Part shown: one piece after another, positions 1 to 9,582 of the stretch | Layout: each line of letters opens with the position of its first letter | Numbering within the stretch: position 1 is the stretch's first letter | From: Candidatus Latescibacterota bacterium | GTDB lineage: Bacteria > Latescibacterota > UBA2968 | Assembly (NCBI GenBank): GCA_965214925.1 | Contig: OZ244028.1 | Span: forward strand, 2,361,960-2,425,959 | Length of the DNA stretch: 64,000 bases | Reading direction: 5' to 3' | Program-made: the position numbers and the translations under genes | Notes under the pieces: generated by a model | The model's input: the letters and a program-made list of their open reading frames with translations, nothing else | Database searches by the model: none | Told to the model about the DNA's origin: nothing

Positions 1-551
1 CCGACAGAAATTTTTTGAGCACCAGCCTTCAACTCAGCCCACGCTTCAAATGGTATGACAATGGGTATGCCTTTCTCAGTTTGTTTTTTCGCACAGCCAT
101 AACCCACAAAAACGCGTTTGACCGTTTTTTTCAAGCGGATTTCCTCACCCTCGTTCAGATCCAAAACATCCACACCCTGGCCCTTCACGCCCGTTTTGAC
201 GCCCACGGCAATCCCGAAGACAACGATCAGCTGCTGTTGGGCGTTGACCGCGGATTGAGGGGGTATCTCGCGCGCCGATTCGACGGGTCGCGCCGCGCCA
301 TGGTCAACCTCGAAGCCCGCCCCACGGTCTATCGCCATCCCTTTGCCATTTTTGCCGGTGCTGTTTTTGTAGATGCCGGCACCGCTTGGACGCCGGGGCG
401 CATATCGCCCGCTTTCAACCTCGGTGCGGGATTCGGCAGCCGCATCAGCTTCGCGCAGATCTACAACAACCCCATCCTGCGCGTCGACCTCGCCTATGGG
501 TTCAAAGACAAAGCATGGCAAATTTCCTTTGGCATGGGGCATTATTTTTAA
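1..551 (+). CDS. Omp85/BamA-TamA family outer-membrane protein, C-terminal part (5' truncated by window)
   Basis: Frame open from the window start; LRGY motif, FVDAG, LRVDLAYG and terminal aromatic F typical of Omp85 barrels. Confidence 0.75.
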   Translation, partial: DRNFLSTSLQLSPRFKWYDNGYAFLSLFFRTAITHKNAFDRFFQADFLTLVQIQNIHTLALHARFDAHGNPEDNDQLLLGVDRGLRGYLARRFDGSRRAMVNLEARPTVYRHPFAIFAGAVFVDAGTAWTPGRISPAFNLGAGFGSRISFAQIYNNPILRVDLAYGFKDKAWQISFGMGHYF

Positions 552-569
552 CAAGAAAGGCGGTGCATT

Positions 570-726
570 ATGCACATTCCAGAAACCCTATCGCGCAATA
601 CAGAATGGGCTGAATGGATCGAGCATCTACCCGACATCGTCGCCGCGTGTGCAAAACGCTGGAACCTTCGCAGAATTTTGGTGCAGAGACATCCAACGCG
701 CCGAAGTATTGGACAGCCTGCTTTAG
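570..726 (+). pseudogene. Remnant of APH(6)/hydroxyurea-resistance-type kinase with large internal deletion
   Basis: N-terminus WIEHLPDIVAACAKRWNL resembles the APH(6)-family start; joined out of frame to a short C-terminus-like piece (AEFWCRDIQRAEVLDSLL*). Confidence 0.5.
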
Positions 727-799
727 CCCAGCCAGCGCAAAAAATAGGGTCGTGAGACACGCGTCATGTCACGACCCTGAGAGGATAACACAATTTTAA

Positions 800-874
800 T
801 GGCGACCCCGAGGGGAATCGAACCCCCGTTGCCGGGATGAAAACCCGGTGTCCTAACCACTGAACGACGGGGTC
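800..874 (-). tRNA. tRNA-Glu(TTC)
   Basis: Reverse complement folds as a cloverleaf: GACCCCG/CGGGGTC acceptor stem, CCGGG-TT-TTC-AT-CCCGG anticodon arm, GGTTCGATT T-loop, encoded CCA. Confidence 0.97.
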
Positions 875-890
875 GCCTCAAGAGAGCTCA

Positions 891-919
891 AATATATACA
901 AAACCCAAAAGCGAGGCAA
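891..919 (-). promoter_or_regulatory. sigma70-like promoter of tRNA-Glu
   Basis: TTGCCT-N17-TATATT just upstream of the tRNA 5' end. Confidence 0.6.
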
Positions 920-953
920 GGCAGAATCCAAAAAAATCCGCCATTCCCCGACC

Positions 954-982
954 TTGACAAAATCGTGGCCCCTATATACTAT
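954..982 (+). promoter_or_regulatory. sigma70-like promoter
   Basis: TTGACA-N17-TACTAT upstream of the dehydrogenase gene. Confidence 0.6.
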
Positions 983-1033
983 TGACTTTGGGAGCGTCGA
1001 GCAAACAACCGACACTATGGAAAGGATCGCACC

Positions 1034-1996
1034 TTGGCAAAATTTAAGGTTCTGCTCTTTGAATCTGTACATCCCTGCGGACGAGATCACCTGCTTAAAA
1101 ACGACTGCGATATTATTTGGGCCAAGGGATTTGAGCCCGCTCAAATCATCGCCTCGGTCAAAGACGCAGACGGCATTCTCGCACGCGCTCGGGGCACCAT
1201 CAACGGCCCTGTGATGGATCGGGCACCCCGCCTCAAAGTCATTGGTCGGCATGGCATTGGGGTTGATAACATCGATGTTGAAGCCGCCACGGAACGCGGG
1301 ATTTACGTGGTCAACACACCCGCCGCGCCCGTTGAAGCCGTCGCCGAATACGTGGTCATGGCCTTTATTGCCCTGCCGCGCAAAATTGGTCAGGCCGATG
1401 CCGCGACCCGTTCGGGCGACTGGGCGTTTCGCGATCGGGTACACGCACCCGAATTGCTCGGGAAAACCCTGGGCATTGTCGGTTTTGGTCGCATTGGTCG
1501 TCGCATTGCGGAAATTTGTTCGCTCGGCTTTGGCATGACAGTCATCTACGCGGATGAATTTCCCGCGTCCTCAAAAGAAGAAGACCGCCTGAATGCGCGC
1601 CGCGTGGCATTTGACGACCTCCTCTCCGCCTCAGACTATATCAGCCTCAATGTGCCGCTCCTCGACAGTACCCATCACCTCATCGATGCCGAGGCCCTCG
1701 CGCGCATGCGATCTCATGCCATTTTAGCCAATAGCAGCCGCGGGCCGGTGGTCGATGAAAAAGCACTCGCAACCGCACTGAGAAACAACCGCATTGGCGG
1801 CGCGATTATCGACGTCTTTGAACGGGAACCCGCAGCGCTAGACAATCCCCTCTTGGCACTCGACAATGTGCTCCTGTCGCCCCATTATTCGGGTCACTCG
1901 CTTGAATCGATTCAAAAAATGGCGATGGTCGCCTCGGATATCGCGCGCGTTCTCAACGGGCAAAAACCCGAGTTTCCCGTCAACGACCCGTTTTAA
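1034..1996 (+). CDS. D-isomer-specific 2-hydroxyacid dehydrogenase (SerA-like, no ACT domain)
   Basis: GIGVDNID, GFGRIG Rossmann motif, RG..VD, DVFEREP, SPH catalytic His. Confidence 0.92.
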   Translation: MAKFKVLLFESVHPCGRDHLLKNDCDIIWAKGFEPAQIIASVKDADGILARARGTINGPVMDRAPRLKVIGRHGIGVDNIDVEAATERGIYVVNTPAAPVEAVAEYVVMAFIALPRKIGQADAATRSGDWAFRDRVHAPELLGKTLGIVGFGRIGRRIAEICSLGFGMTVIYADEFPASSKEEDRLNARRVAFDDLLSASDYISLNVPLLDSTHHLIDAEALARMRSHAILANSSRGPVVDEKALATALRNNRIGGAIIDVFEREPAALDNPLLALDNVLLSPHYSGHSLESIQKMAMVASDIARVLNGQKPEFPVNDPF

Positions 1997-2012
1997 TGTA
2001 AAGGATGTGACA

Positions 2013-2870
2013 ATGCGATACATCATGCTTGGCAGCGGTGCCGTGCGGGACAATCCAAATCGGGGTGGGCCGTCGCAATTGTTGCAGATTGGCGATGAGA
2101 ACTGGATGTTTGACTGCGGTCGGTCCGCGTGTACAAATTTGGCGCGCGCAGGCGTGAATTGCGAAGCCGTGGATCGGCTGTTTTTGACGCACTTGCATTT
2201 TGATCACATTGTGGATGTGGCGTATCTCGTGTTTGTGGGGTGGGTGAAGGTGCGCCAAAACCCATTGCAAATTTACGGGCCAGTAGGGACAAAGCACTTT
2301 GTGACGCATGTGATTCGCCCGCCTTTTGAGCAGGACATCCAAAGCAGAATGGGGCACGGGAAAGACGACAGCGTGCTGGATCCAGAAGTGATTGAGATCG
2401 ACAAAAAAGGGGAATTTTTAGCGACAGATGATATTCGGCTATCCGCTGCATTCACCGCCCACGGGGGGATTCCCACACTGGCCTATCGCGTGGATACCCG
2501 CGATCGCCGCGTTGTGATTACGGGTGACGGAAATCCCGATGGGGAATTTATCGCGTTTTGCCGCGACGCGGATCTGTTGTCAATTGAGTGTTCGGGCACG
2601 GCTGAATTTTTGGCGACACAACCCTGGGGCGCGTGGCATATTACACCGCCAGAAATTGCAGAGATCGCCACCGCGGCCCGCGTAAAACGCGTGATGATCA
2701 AGCACCTGGTGATCGAAGATATAACGGGTGATTTAGAAGTTGCACATCGGATGGGCGATCAGATTCGCAAGAGATATGGCGGAGAGGTGCTGGTGGGCGA
2801 AGATGGGTTGGTCGTTGAGATTGGAGACGAGCGATGTCATATACAGAACGCGAATATTGGATCACCATGA
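2013..2870 (+). CDS. MBL-fold metallohydrolase (RNase Z/AtsA-like)
   Basis: MLGSG start, FDCG, THLHFDH (HxHxDH), TGD; start moved to ATG 2013 behind an AAGGA RBS. Confidence 0.88.
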   Translation: MRYIMLGSGAVRDNPNRGGPSQLLQIGDENWMFDCGRSACTNLARAGVNCEAVDRLFLTHLHFDHIVDVAYLVFVGWVKVRQNPLQIYGPVGTKHFVTHVIRPPFEQDIQSRMGHGKDDSVLDPEVIEIDKKGEFLATDDIRLSAAFTAHGGIPTLAYRVDTRDRRVVITGDGNPDGEFIAFCRDADLLSIECSGTAEFLATQPWGAWHITPPEIAEIATAARVKRVMIKHLVIEDITGDLEVAHRMGDQIRKRYGGEVLVGEDGLVVEIGDERCHIQNANIGSP

Positions 2871-4351
2871 ATGATGGCGTGAGGTTAGACGCCTCGGTTT
2901 TTACGCCCAAGGGCGAACAGCCACAAGGCGGCTGGCCTGGCGTGCTGTTGATTCACGGACACGGTGACGCGGGCAATAAGACCTCGATGTTTGACCGAGC
3001 GAGGCGATATGCAGATCGCGGCTATTTGACTGCGAGTTACAGCGTGCGCGGGCAGGGCGATTCTGAGGGCCTAGTATTTCACATGGGCGCCCGCGAGTTG
3101 TTCGATTTGCAGGATGTGATTTCATGGATGCTGCGCGCATTGCCCATACATCGGGAAAAGCTCGGCGTGTGTGGCAGTTCTCAAGGCGGTTGGCACGCAT
3201 ATATGGCAGCCGCGCACCATCCGCAGGTCGCGACTGTTGTGCCCGAGCATATTTTTGTCGATTACGCGGAATTTGCCGTGCACAACGGCTGTTTATCCAA
3301 GTGGTTTTTCGCGCGCACCATGCGGCGGCGCATTTTGACCGCGGGCATGCAAGAGGTGGCGCGGCAGTTGGCTCTGTTGGGCGATTGGTTTCGCATCCGC
3401 GAATGGGTGAAGCCGATGTCGCCCTTGCTATTTGCGGATCGGATTCACTGTCCGATTTTTATTTTGCACGGTTGGCACGATGTTGGGATGCCGCCGAATC
3501 AAATTTTTGACATGTTTGCTCGCATTCAATCGCCCAAGAAACTGTATGTTGGGGGCGGTGGGCACGATGGACAGGACAGTGTGTCCGCGCGAAAAGCGCG
3601 AACAGAACTGATCGACCGCTGGTTGGATCACTGGCTCAAGCTCGAGGACACGGGCCTGATGGACGCGCCAGCGATAGTGTATGCCCGGCGGCCGCGGTGG
3701 GATGCCATTGCGGTGGATGCTTTCCCCCCTACAGATGCAGAAACGCAAATGCTGTACCTGAGTGCCCATGAACCCGAACAAGCCGTTCCCGATGATCCCG
3801 ATGCGACGTTTGAGGTGATGCGTCCACAGCCGGTGCGCGCACTGGTCAATAGTCCTTCTGGTGTACCGAGTATTCACTCGAACATTACAAACCGACCGAT
3901 GAATTTAGATTATGGTCTGGCAAATGCGTTGAACGACGATATGGCGGGTGTGGCAGATGCGCTGGCGCGCGAGGTGATTGGTTTTGCACGCGCGCCGGTC
4001 GACGGGGACGTAGAAATTGTCGGCTCTCCGGTTGTGAAACTTTATGTGATGTCCAATCGTCCACAGTTTCAGGTGGTGGTGGATTTATACGACGTAAACC
4101 CCGAAGGCGAGCGGGCCTTGATCACGCGCGGGCAGTTTGGCACGCGCGCAGCGACCCCCGCGCGGCACCTGACAGTCGAGATTGAAATGCGGGCGATTGG
4201 GTACGCGGTCAAAGCAGGACACCGCCTGCTTTTGGAAGTGAGCAATTGCGATACGACCTATGCGTTTCCGTATTTTGAGCCGTTTGTCGTGCGGTTGTTT
4301 CACGATAAGCAACATCCCTCGGCAGTGGCATTACCGCTCAAAAATATTTGA
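2834..4351 (+). CDS. CocE/NonD family (peptidase S15-like) alpha/beta hydrolase
   Basis: MNDGVRLDA, VRGQGDSEG, GSSQGG nucleophile elbow, GWHD, C-terminal GHRLLLEV domain. Confidence 0.88.
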   Translation: MSYTEREYWITMNDGVRLDASVFTPKGEQPQGGWPGVLLIHGHGDAGNKTSMFDRARRYADRGYLTASYSVRGQGDSEGLVFHMGARELFDLQDVISWMLRALPIHREKLGVCGSSQGGWHAYMAAAHHPQVATVVPEHIFVDYAEFAVHNGCLSKWFFARTMRRRILTAGMQEVARQLALLGDWFRIREWVKPMSPLLFADRIHCPIFILHGWHDVGMPPNQIFDMFARIQSPKKLYVGGGGHDGQDSVSARKARTELIDRWLDHWLKLEDTGLMDAPAIVYARRPRWDAIAVDAFPPTDAETQMLYLSAHEPEQAVPDDPDATFEVMRPQPVRALVNSPSGVPSIHSNITNRPMNLDYGLANALNDDMAGVADALAREVIGFARAPVDGDVEIVGSPVVKLYVMSNRPQFQVVVDLYDVNPEGERALITRGQFGTRAATPARHLTVEIEMRAIGYAVKAGHRLLLEVSNCDTTYAFPYFEPFVVRLFHDKQHPSAVALPLKNI

Positions 4352-4455
4352 CATACTCCCCGAGCCAACGCAAAGCGATCGCGTTTCTATTTTTGTTGTG
4401 TACTGCAAATATCGTGTTGTAAAATTTTACGAGAACGATTTGAGAGAGGTGTGGC

Positions 4456-6183
4456 ATGCGCTATTCTCAGTTATTGACGCAAACATTGCGCGAGGGGCCA
4501 GCAGAGGCAGAAGCAATCAGCCATCGCTTGGCATTGCGCGCGGGGTTGATCCGGTCTTTGGCCGCGGGAATTTTTAGTTTTTTGCCGCTGGGCGTGCGCG
4601 TGAAGCAGAAGATCGAACAGATTTTGCGCGAAGAAATGGAACGAGCAGATTGCTTTGAGATTTCGATGCCTGTGGTGCAGCCTGCGGCAATCTGGCGAGA
4701 GAGTGGGCGGTGGGATGATATCGGCCATGAAATGATGCGGATGAAAGATCGCGGCGACCGCGACATGTGTTTGGCGATGACGCACGAGGAAGTCGTGACA
4801 GATTTGGTGCGCCACATCGTACACAGTTATCGCCAATTGCCATTGAGTACCTTTCAGATTCAGACCAAATTCCGCGATGAGCCGCGCAGCCGAGGGGGAT
4901 TGATTCGGGTGCGCGAATTTACGATGAAAGACGGGTATAGTTTTCACATTGATCAAGCGGGTTTAGATGCGTATTATCCGCGCATGTACGAGGCGTATCA
5001 GCGGGTGTTTCAGCGCGTGGGATTGGGTGATCAGATGATTGTGGTCGAAAGTGACCCAGGAATGATGGGCGGAACCGAAGCACATGAATTTATGTACTTA
5101 AACCCAGGCGGCGAAGACACCTTGCTCTTGTGTGAGCGGTGCGGTTATGGTGCCAACCGGCAAGTGGCGACGCATCGCCGAGAGGCAATGGAAGCCGAAC
5201 GCGAAAAACCCCTGCAAAAAGTGGCGACACCCGGGTGCAAGACAATTGAAGATGTGGCGTCGCTTTTGAATGTGCCGCAGCGCAAGACAGCCAAAGCCGT
5301 GTTTTTTATAGGCGCGATTGATGGCGAAGAAACGTTTATTTTTGCGATGGTGCGCGGCGATCACGAGTTGAGCGAGACCAAGCTGGGCAATGCCGTGCAG
5401 GCGCAGGACTTGCGCCCGGCAACAGACGGGGAGATCAAAGCGGTCGGCGCAGTGCCGGGATATGCGTCGCCCATGGCTGTGAAAAACGCACTTGTGGTGG
5501 TGGATGAAGCCATCGCACAGGGCGCGAATTTTGTGTCGGGTGCCAATGTGGAAGGGTATCACTATTTGAACGTCAATGCGGGGCGCGATTTTGAGGCCGA
5601 CATCACCGCGGACCTCGTTGCCACAGAAGCAGGCATGCCCTGTCCGAAATGCGAAACAGCACTCCGCAGTACGCGCGGCATCGAGGTGGGCAATATCTTC
5701 AAGCTCGGCACAAAGTACAGCGACAGCATGGGCGCGACTGTGCTGGATGAAAATGGCAACGCGCGCCCCTTGGTGATGGGATGTTATGGCATTGGCGTGG
5801 GCCGGTTGCTGGCGTGCATCATTGAAGCGCATCACGACGAGCGCGGCATCATCTGGCCGATGTCCGTCGCGCCTTATGACGTGGAAATTGTGGTGCTCAC
5901 GGGCCGAAAACCCGCAGGTGAACGGGAAGCCGCTGAAAAATTGTATGGCGAACTCACAGCAGCGGGACTGGACGTATTGATCGACGACCGCGATGAACGC
6001 GCGGGGATAAAATTTAACGATGCCGATTTGATCGGCATTCCCATTCGGTTGACCGTGGGGTCGCGCGGCCTGGCCAAGGGACAGGTGGAAATCAAGTTGC
6101 GGCATGCGGATGATCGCGTGGACGTGCCTTTGGACCAGGTGGTAGAAAGGGTGAAAGCGGAGAAGGCAAAGTTGATGGCTTGA
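4456..6183 (+). CDS. proS: Proline--tRNA ligase (with INS editing domain)
   Basis: THEE, KFRDEPR, REFTMKDGYSF, GIEVGNIFKLG, MGCYGIGVGR motifs. Confidence 0.98.
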   Translation: MRYSQLLTQTLREGPAEAEAISHRLALRAGLIRSLAAGIFSFLPLGVRVKQKIEQILREEMERADCFEISMPVVQPAAIWRESGRWDDIGHEMMRMKDRGDRDMCLAMTHEEVVTDLVRHIVHSYRQLPLSTFQIQTKFRDEPRSRGGLIRVREFTMKDGYSFHIDQAGLDAYYPRMYEAYQRVFQRVGLGDQMIVVESDPGMMGGTEAHEFMYLNPGGEDTLLLCERCGYGANRQVATHRREAMEAEREKPLQKVATPGCKTIEDVASLLNVPQRKTAKAVFFIGAIDGEETFIFAMVRGDHELSETKLGNAVQAQDLRPATDGEIKAVGAVPGYASPMAVKNALVVVDEAIAQGANFVSGANVEGYHYLNVNAGRDFEADITADLVATEAGMPCPKCETALRSTRGIEVGNIFKLGTKYSDSMGATVLDENGNARPLVMGCYGIGVGRLLACIIEAHHDERGIIWPMSVAPYDVEIVVLTGRKPAGEREAAEKLYGELTAAGLDVLIDDRDERAGIKFNDADLIGIPIRLTVGSRGLAKGQVEIKLRHADDRVDVPLDQVVERVKAEKAKLMA

Positions 6184-6261
6184 GTGACGAGTGGCGAGAA
6201 GCCAGACGTCCTTATGTCCCACTTTTGACGCGGATCTCCAACAACTGACAAAGGGTTTGAA

Positions 6262-7947
6262 ATGACAAGGCCTGAAAATACAAATGCTCCGACGGATTTT
6301 ATTCGAGAAATTGTCCGCAAAGACTTAAAAAGCGGCAAGCACAAAAAAATTGTGACGCGGTTTCCGCCCGAGCCAAATGGGTATCTGCACATTGGTCACG
6401 CCAAGGCTTTTTGCTTGAATTTTGGCCTGGCCGAGGAGTTTGGCGGGCAGTGCAATCTGCGGTTTGACGACACCAATCCAGACAGAGAAGACACCGAATA
6501 CGTCGATTCTATCCGTAAAGATATGAAGTGGATGGGGTTTGATTGGGGCGATGGATTGTACTTTGCCTCTGACTATTTTGGCCAACTCTGCGATTATGCC
6601 GTAGAACTCATCCAGCAAGGCAAAGCCTATGTGTGCGGTTTGAGTCCCCAAGAGATACGCGCATACCGGGGGACCGTGACAGCACCGGGCAAAGACAGTC
6701 CGTATCGGAATCGCACCGTGGCAGAAAATCTGGCCCTGTTTGCGCGCATGAAAAACGGGGCATTTCCCGATGGCGCGTGTACCTTGCGCGCAAAGGCCGA
6801 TATGGCGTCGCCAAATATGAATTTTCGCGACCCCGTGATGTATCGGATCAAACACACGACACACCACCGCACGGGTGACAAGTGGTGCATTTACCCGATG
6901 TACGATTGGGCGCACGGACAGTCTGACGCCATTGAGCACGTGACGCATTCCCTGTGCAGCATCGAGTTTGCCGAACACCGCCCCCTGTACGATTGGTACA
7001 TCCAGCAATTGGAGATTTTTCCTTCGCGGCAAATTGAATTTGCGCGGCTAAATATTACCTATACGTTGACCAGCAAGCGGATGTTGACCCAACTGGTGGA
7101 TCGCGGCCTCGTAAACGGATGGGACGACCCGCGCATGCCCACGCTTTCGGGCATGCGGCGGCGTGGTATTCCGCCCCAAGCCATTAGGAATTTTATTGGG
7201 CGCGTGGGCATGAACCGGCGGGATACGACCGCGGAAATAGATCTGTTTGAGTTTTATATTCGCGAGCATCTGAACAAGGTCGCGCCCCGCGCGATGGGCG
7301 TGATTGACCCCTTGAAGGTGGTCATTGAAAACTATCCAGAACGCGAAGAAGAGACATTTGACGCGATGATCAACCCCGAAGACCCGAACGCGGGCACGCG
7401 GCCCGTGCCTTTTTCGCGGGACGTGTACATCGAGCGCGAAGATTTTATGGAAGATCCCCCGCGCAGATTTTACCGCTTGGCACCCGGACGCGAGGTGCGG
7501 TTGCGCGCGGCGTGTTATATAACGTGTCGGGATGTGGTGAAGGATGATAGCGGCAATGTGATTGAATTGCGCTGCACTTGGGATCCAGAAAGCCGCGGCG
7601 GCACAACGCCCGATAAGCGCAGGGTTCGCTCCACCCTGCACTGGGTGTCGGCCAAACACGCCATCAAAGCCGAAGTGCGGTTGTTTGATCGGTTGTTTGT
7701 GACGGAAAACCCCATCAAGGTCGCAGAGGGACGGGACTTTACGGCAAACTTGAATCCCAATTCCCTGGAAATACGCCCTGTGTGTTATGTTGAGCCAAGT
7801 GTGAAAGAGGTGGAAATTGAGCGCGTGGTTCAGTTTGAGCGATTGGGCTATTTCTGCGTGGATGCAGACTCATCGGACGAAAAGCTCGTGTTGAACCGAA
7901 CGATTACCCTGCGCGACACATGGGCGAAAATAAAAAATAAAAAGTAG
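6262..7947 (+). CDS. glnS: Glutamine--tRNA ligase
   Basis: [42 protein letters not shown]; no YqeY tail. Confidence 0.97.
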   Translation: MTRPENTNAPTDFIREIVRKDLKSGKHKKIVTRFPPEPNGYLHIGHAKAFCLNFGLAEEFGGQCNLRFDDTNPDREDTEYVDSIRKDMKWMGFDWGDGLYFASDYFGQLCDYAVELIQQGKAYVCGLSPQEIRAYRGTVTAPGKDSPYRNRTVAENLALFARMKNGAFPDGACTLRAKADMASPNMNFRDPVMYRIKHTTHHRTGDKWCIYPMYDWAHGQSDAIEHVTHSLCSIEFAEHRPLYDWYIQQLEIFPSRQIEFARLNITYTLTSKRMLTQLVDRGLVNGWDDPRMPTLSGMRRRGIPPQAIRNFIGRVGMNRRDTTAEIDLFEFYIREHLNKVAPRAMGVIDPLKVVIENYPEREEETFDAMINPEDPNAGTRPVPFSRDVYIEREDFMEDPPRRFYRLAPGREVRLRAACYITCRDVVKDDSGNVIELRCTWDPESRGGTTPDKRRVRSTLHWVSAKHAIKAEVRLFDRLFVTENPIKVAEGRDFTANLNPNSLEIRPVCYVEPSVKEVEIERVVQFERLGYFCVDADSSDEKLVLNRTITLRDTWAKIKNKK

Positions 7948-7948
7948 G

Positions 7949-7977
7949 TTGCCCATTGTGGGATAAAAATTTATATT
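7949..7977 (+). promoter_or_regulatory. sigma70-like promoter of tRNA-Gln
   Basis: TTGCCC-N17-TATATT immediately before the heptamer tract. Confidence 0.6.
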
Positions 7978-7978
7978 T

Positions 7979-8170
7979 TGCTGACTGCTGACTGCTGACT
8001 GCTGACTGCTGACTGCTGACTGCTGACTGCTGACTGCTGACTGCTGACTGCTGACTGCTGACTGCTGACTGCTGACTGCTGACTGCTGACTGCTGACTGC
8101 TGACTGCTGACTGCTGACTGCTGACTGCTGACTGCTGACTGCTGACTGCTGACTGCTGACTGCTGACTGC
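7979..8170. repeat. Perfect heptamer tandem repeat (TGCTGAC) x~27
   Basis: 192 bp of uninterrupted 7-bp units. Confidence 0.98.
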
Positions 8171-8181
8171 GACATCGCCAT

Positions 8182-8255
8182 TGCCCCTTCGTCTAATGGC
8201 AAGACACTGGATTTTGGTTCCAGGTATCGGGGTTCGAATCCCTGAGGGGCAACCA
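8182..8255 (+). tRNA. tRNA-Gln(TTG)
   Basis: TGCCCCT/AGGGGCA acceptor stem, CTGGA-TT-TTG-GT-TCCAG anticodon arm, GGTTCGAATCC, CCA. Confidence 0.97.
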
Positions 8256-8261
8256 AAAGAG

Positions 8262-8298
8262 AAAGCACCTGTGCAAAAATCGCACAGGTGCTTTTTTT
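8262..8298. terminator. Intrinsic terminator between convergent tRNAs
   Basis: AAAGCACCTGTGC-loop-GCACAGGTGCTTT hairpin followed by a T-run. Confidence 0.85.
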
Positions 8299-8323
8299 CG
8301 GGCTGCGAGCCCCCGTGTTGTAT

Positions 8324-8400
8324 TGGTCGGGGCGAAGGGATTTGAACCCCCGGCCCCCTGCTCCCAAAGCAGGTGCTCTACCGGACTGAGCCACGCCCCG
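8324..8400 (-). tRNA. tRNA-Pro(TGG)
   Basis: Reverse complement CGGGGCG...CCTGC-TT-TGG-GA-GCAGG...GGTTCAAATCC...CGCCCCGACCA. Confidence 0.97.
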
Positions 8401-8412
8401 TTTCTAATATCT

Positions 8413-8441
8413 AAAGTACGGGATTCGGGAAATATTGTCAA
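8413..8441 (-). promoter_or_regulatory. sigma70-like promoter of tRNA-Pro
   Basis: TTGACA-N17-TACTTT. Confidence 0.6.
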
Positions 8442-8633
8442 TCATAAAGAAAGCGATTTTATTCCACGAAGAACACCAAGGGGCACGAAGATTTACAATG
8501 CGTAGATGAACTAGGGTTTGGCTACGCCATGCTTACGGCGTGCGGACAAGTTGTCGGCAGACAGGTACACCGTTCCGTCGATGAACTGGCCTGAGAAACG
8601 GCCAACTCCGTTGCGCTGATTCGTCTATTCGTC

Positions 8634-9572
8634 CTATCTCGTCCCCGCCATGATCGCCTCGGCCAATTGCATCGTCTTCACGGCTTCGTCCAAATTCGCC
8701 GCGGGAAGCGCGATGGGGCGGTCGTGTTTGACGCAATCGATAAAAAATCGGTTCTGTTCAGCCGTTCCCGATCCATGCCCGCGCAACGCCCTTTTCTCGC
8801 CATCGCAAAAAACCTCTCCGCCCGACACGCCTTCCATATAGGCTGAAATCTCGTGTCCGTGAATCTCATAGCGTTCCAAGCGGGCATTGGTCGTATAATT
8901 GTGAATGAGTTGGGCAACAACGCCATTTTCAAACGCAACGAGAGCCGCATGCACATCGCGATACCCCGACATAGACCGCCGCACCACACTGTGGACTTCC
9001 GATACCTCTGCACCGGCCAAAAAGCGGATGGTATCTATGGCGTGAATCGGCGTCTCAAAAAGCATCTGATCCATCAGCACCTCGGCAAATTTGCCCGAAT
9101 TTCCCAACTCGGTGATGCTCTTGTGGAACTCCCCCACCAATTGCGTTACGGGGCCGCGGTCCATTACCAGATCGCGCGCCTCAACAACAACCGGATGAAA
9201 TCGCCGATTCCACCCCACCATGGCTTTCGCGCCTGTTTTTTCGGATGCCGCTTTTAACCCTTCGGTTTCTTTCGCGCTCAAACCGGGGGGTTTCTCCAAA
9301 AAGGTGTGGACGCCCGCCTCCAAACACGGCAATGCGAGCGTTGCATTTAAGTGCGCGGGCGGCGCGACAAAAACCGCGTCGAGCACTTCCCCTTCGAGCA
9401 ATGCGGAAACATCGCCGTATTGCCCTTCAATGCCATAAGTTCCACAGATGGCTTCGCGGCTTGCCACAATCGGATCGCAAACCGCCGTGACGTACACATC
9501 TTCAAATCCATTCAAAATTTGGATGTGTCCCTTGCCCCGGCTGCCACATCCAATCACGCCAACGCGCAGCAT
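8634..9572 (-). CDS. Gfo/Idh/MocA family oxidoreductase
   Basis: MLRVGVIGCG, EKPP, GWNRRF, IHAID; start moved to 9572. Confidence 0.9.
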   Translation of the reverse strand: MLRVGVIGCGSRGKGHIQILNGFEDVYVTAVCDPIVASREAICGTYGIEGQYGDVSALLEGEVLDAVFVAPPAHLNATLALPCLEAGVHTFLEKPPGLSAKETEGLKAASEKTGAKAMVGWNRRFHPVVVEARDLVMDRGPVTQLVGEFHKSITELGNSGKFAEVLMDQMLFETPIHAIDTIRFLAGAEVSEVHSVVRRSMSGYRDVHAALVAFENGVVAQLIHNYTTNARLERYEIHGHEISAYMEGVSGGEVFCDGEKRALRGHGSGTAEQNRFFIDCVKHDRPIALPAANLDEAVKTMQLAEAIMAGTR

Positions 9573-9582
9573 AATTTTCTCC

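Noticed and set aside
7979-8170. Possible CRISPR array
   Set aside because: Pure tandem heptamer with no spacers; no cas genes in the window.
7870-8394. 174-aa ORF with SQQSAVS repeats
   Set aside because: It is a translation of the heptamer tract and two tRNA genes, not a credible protein.
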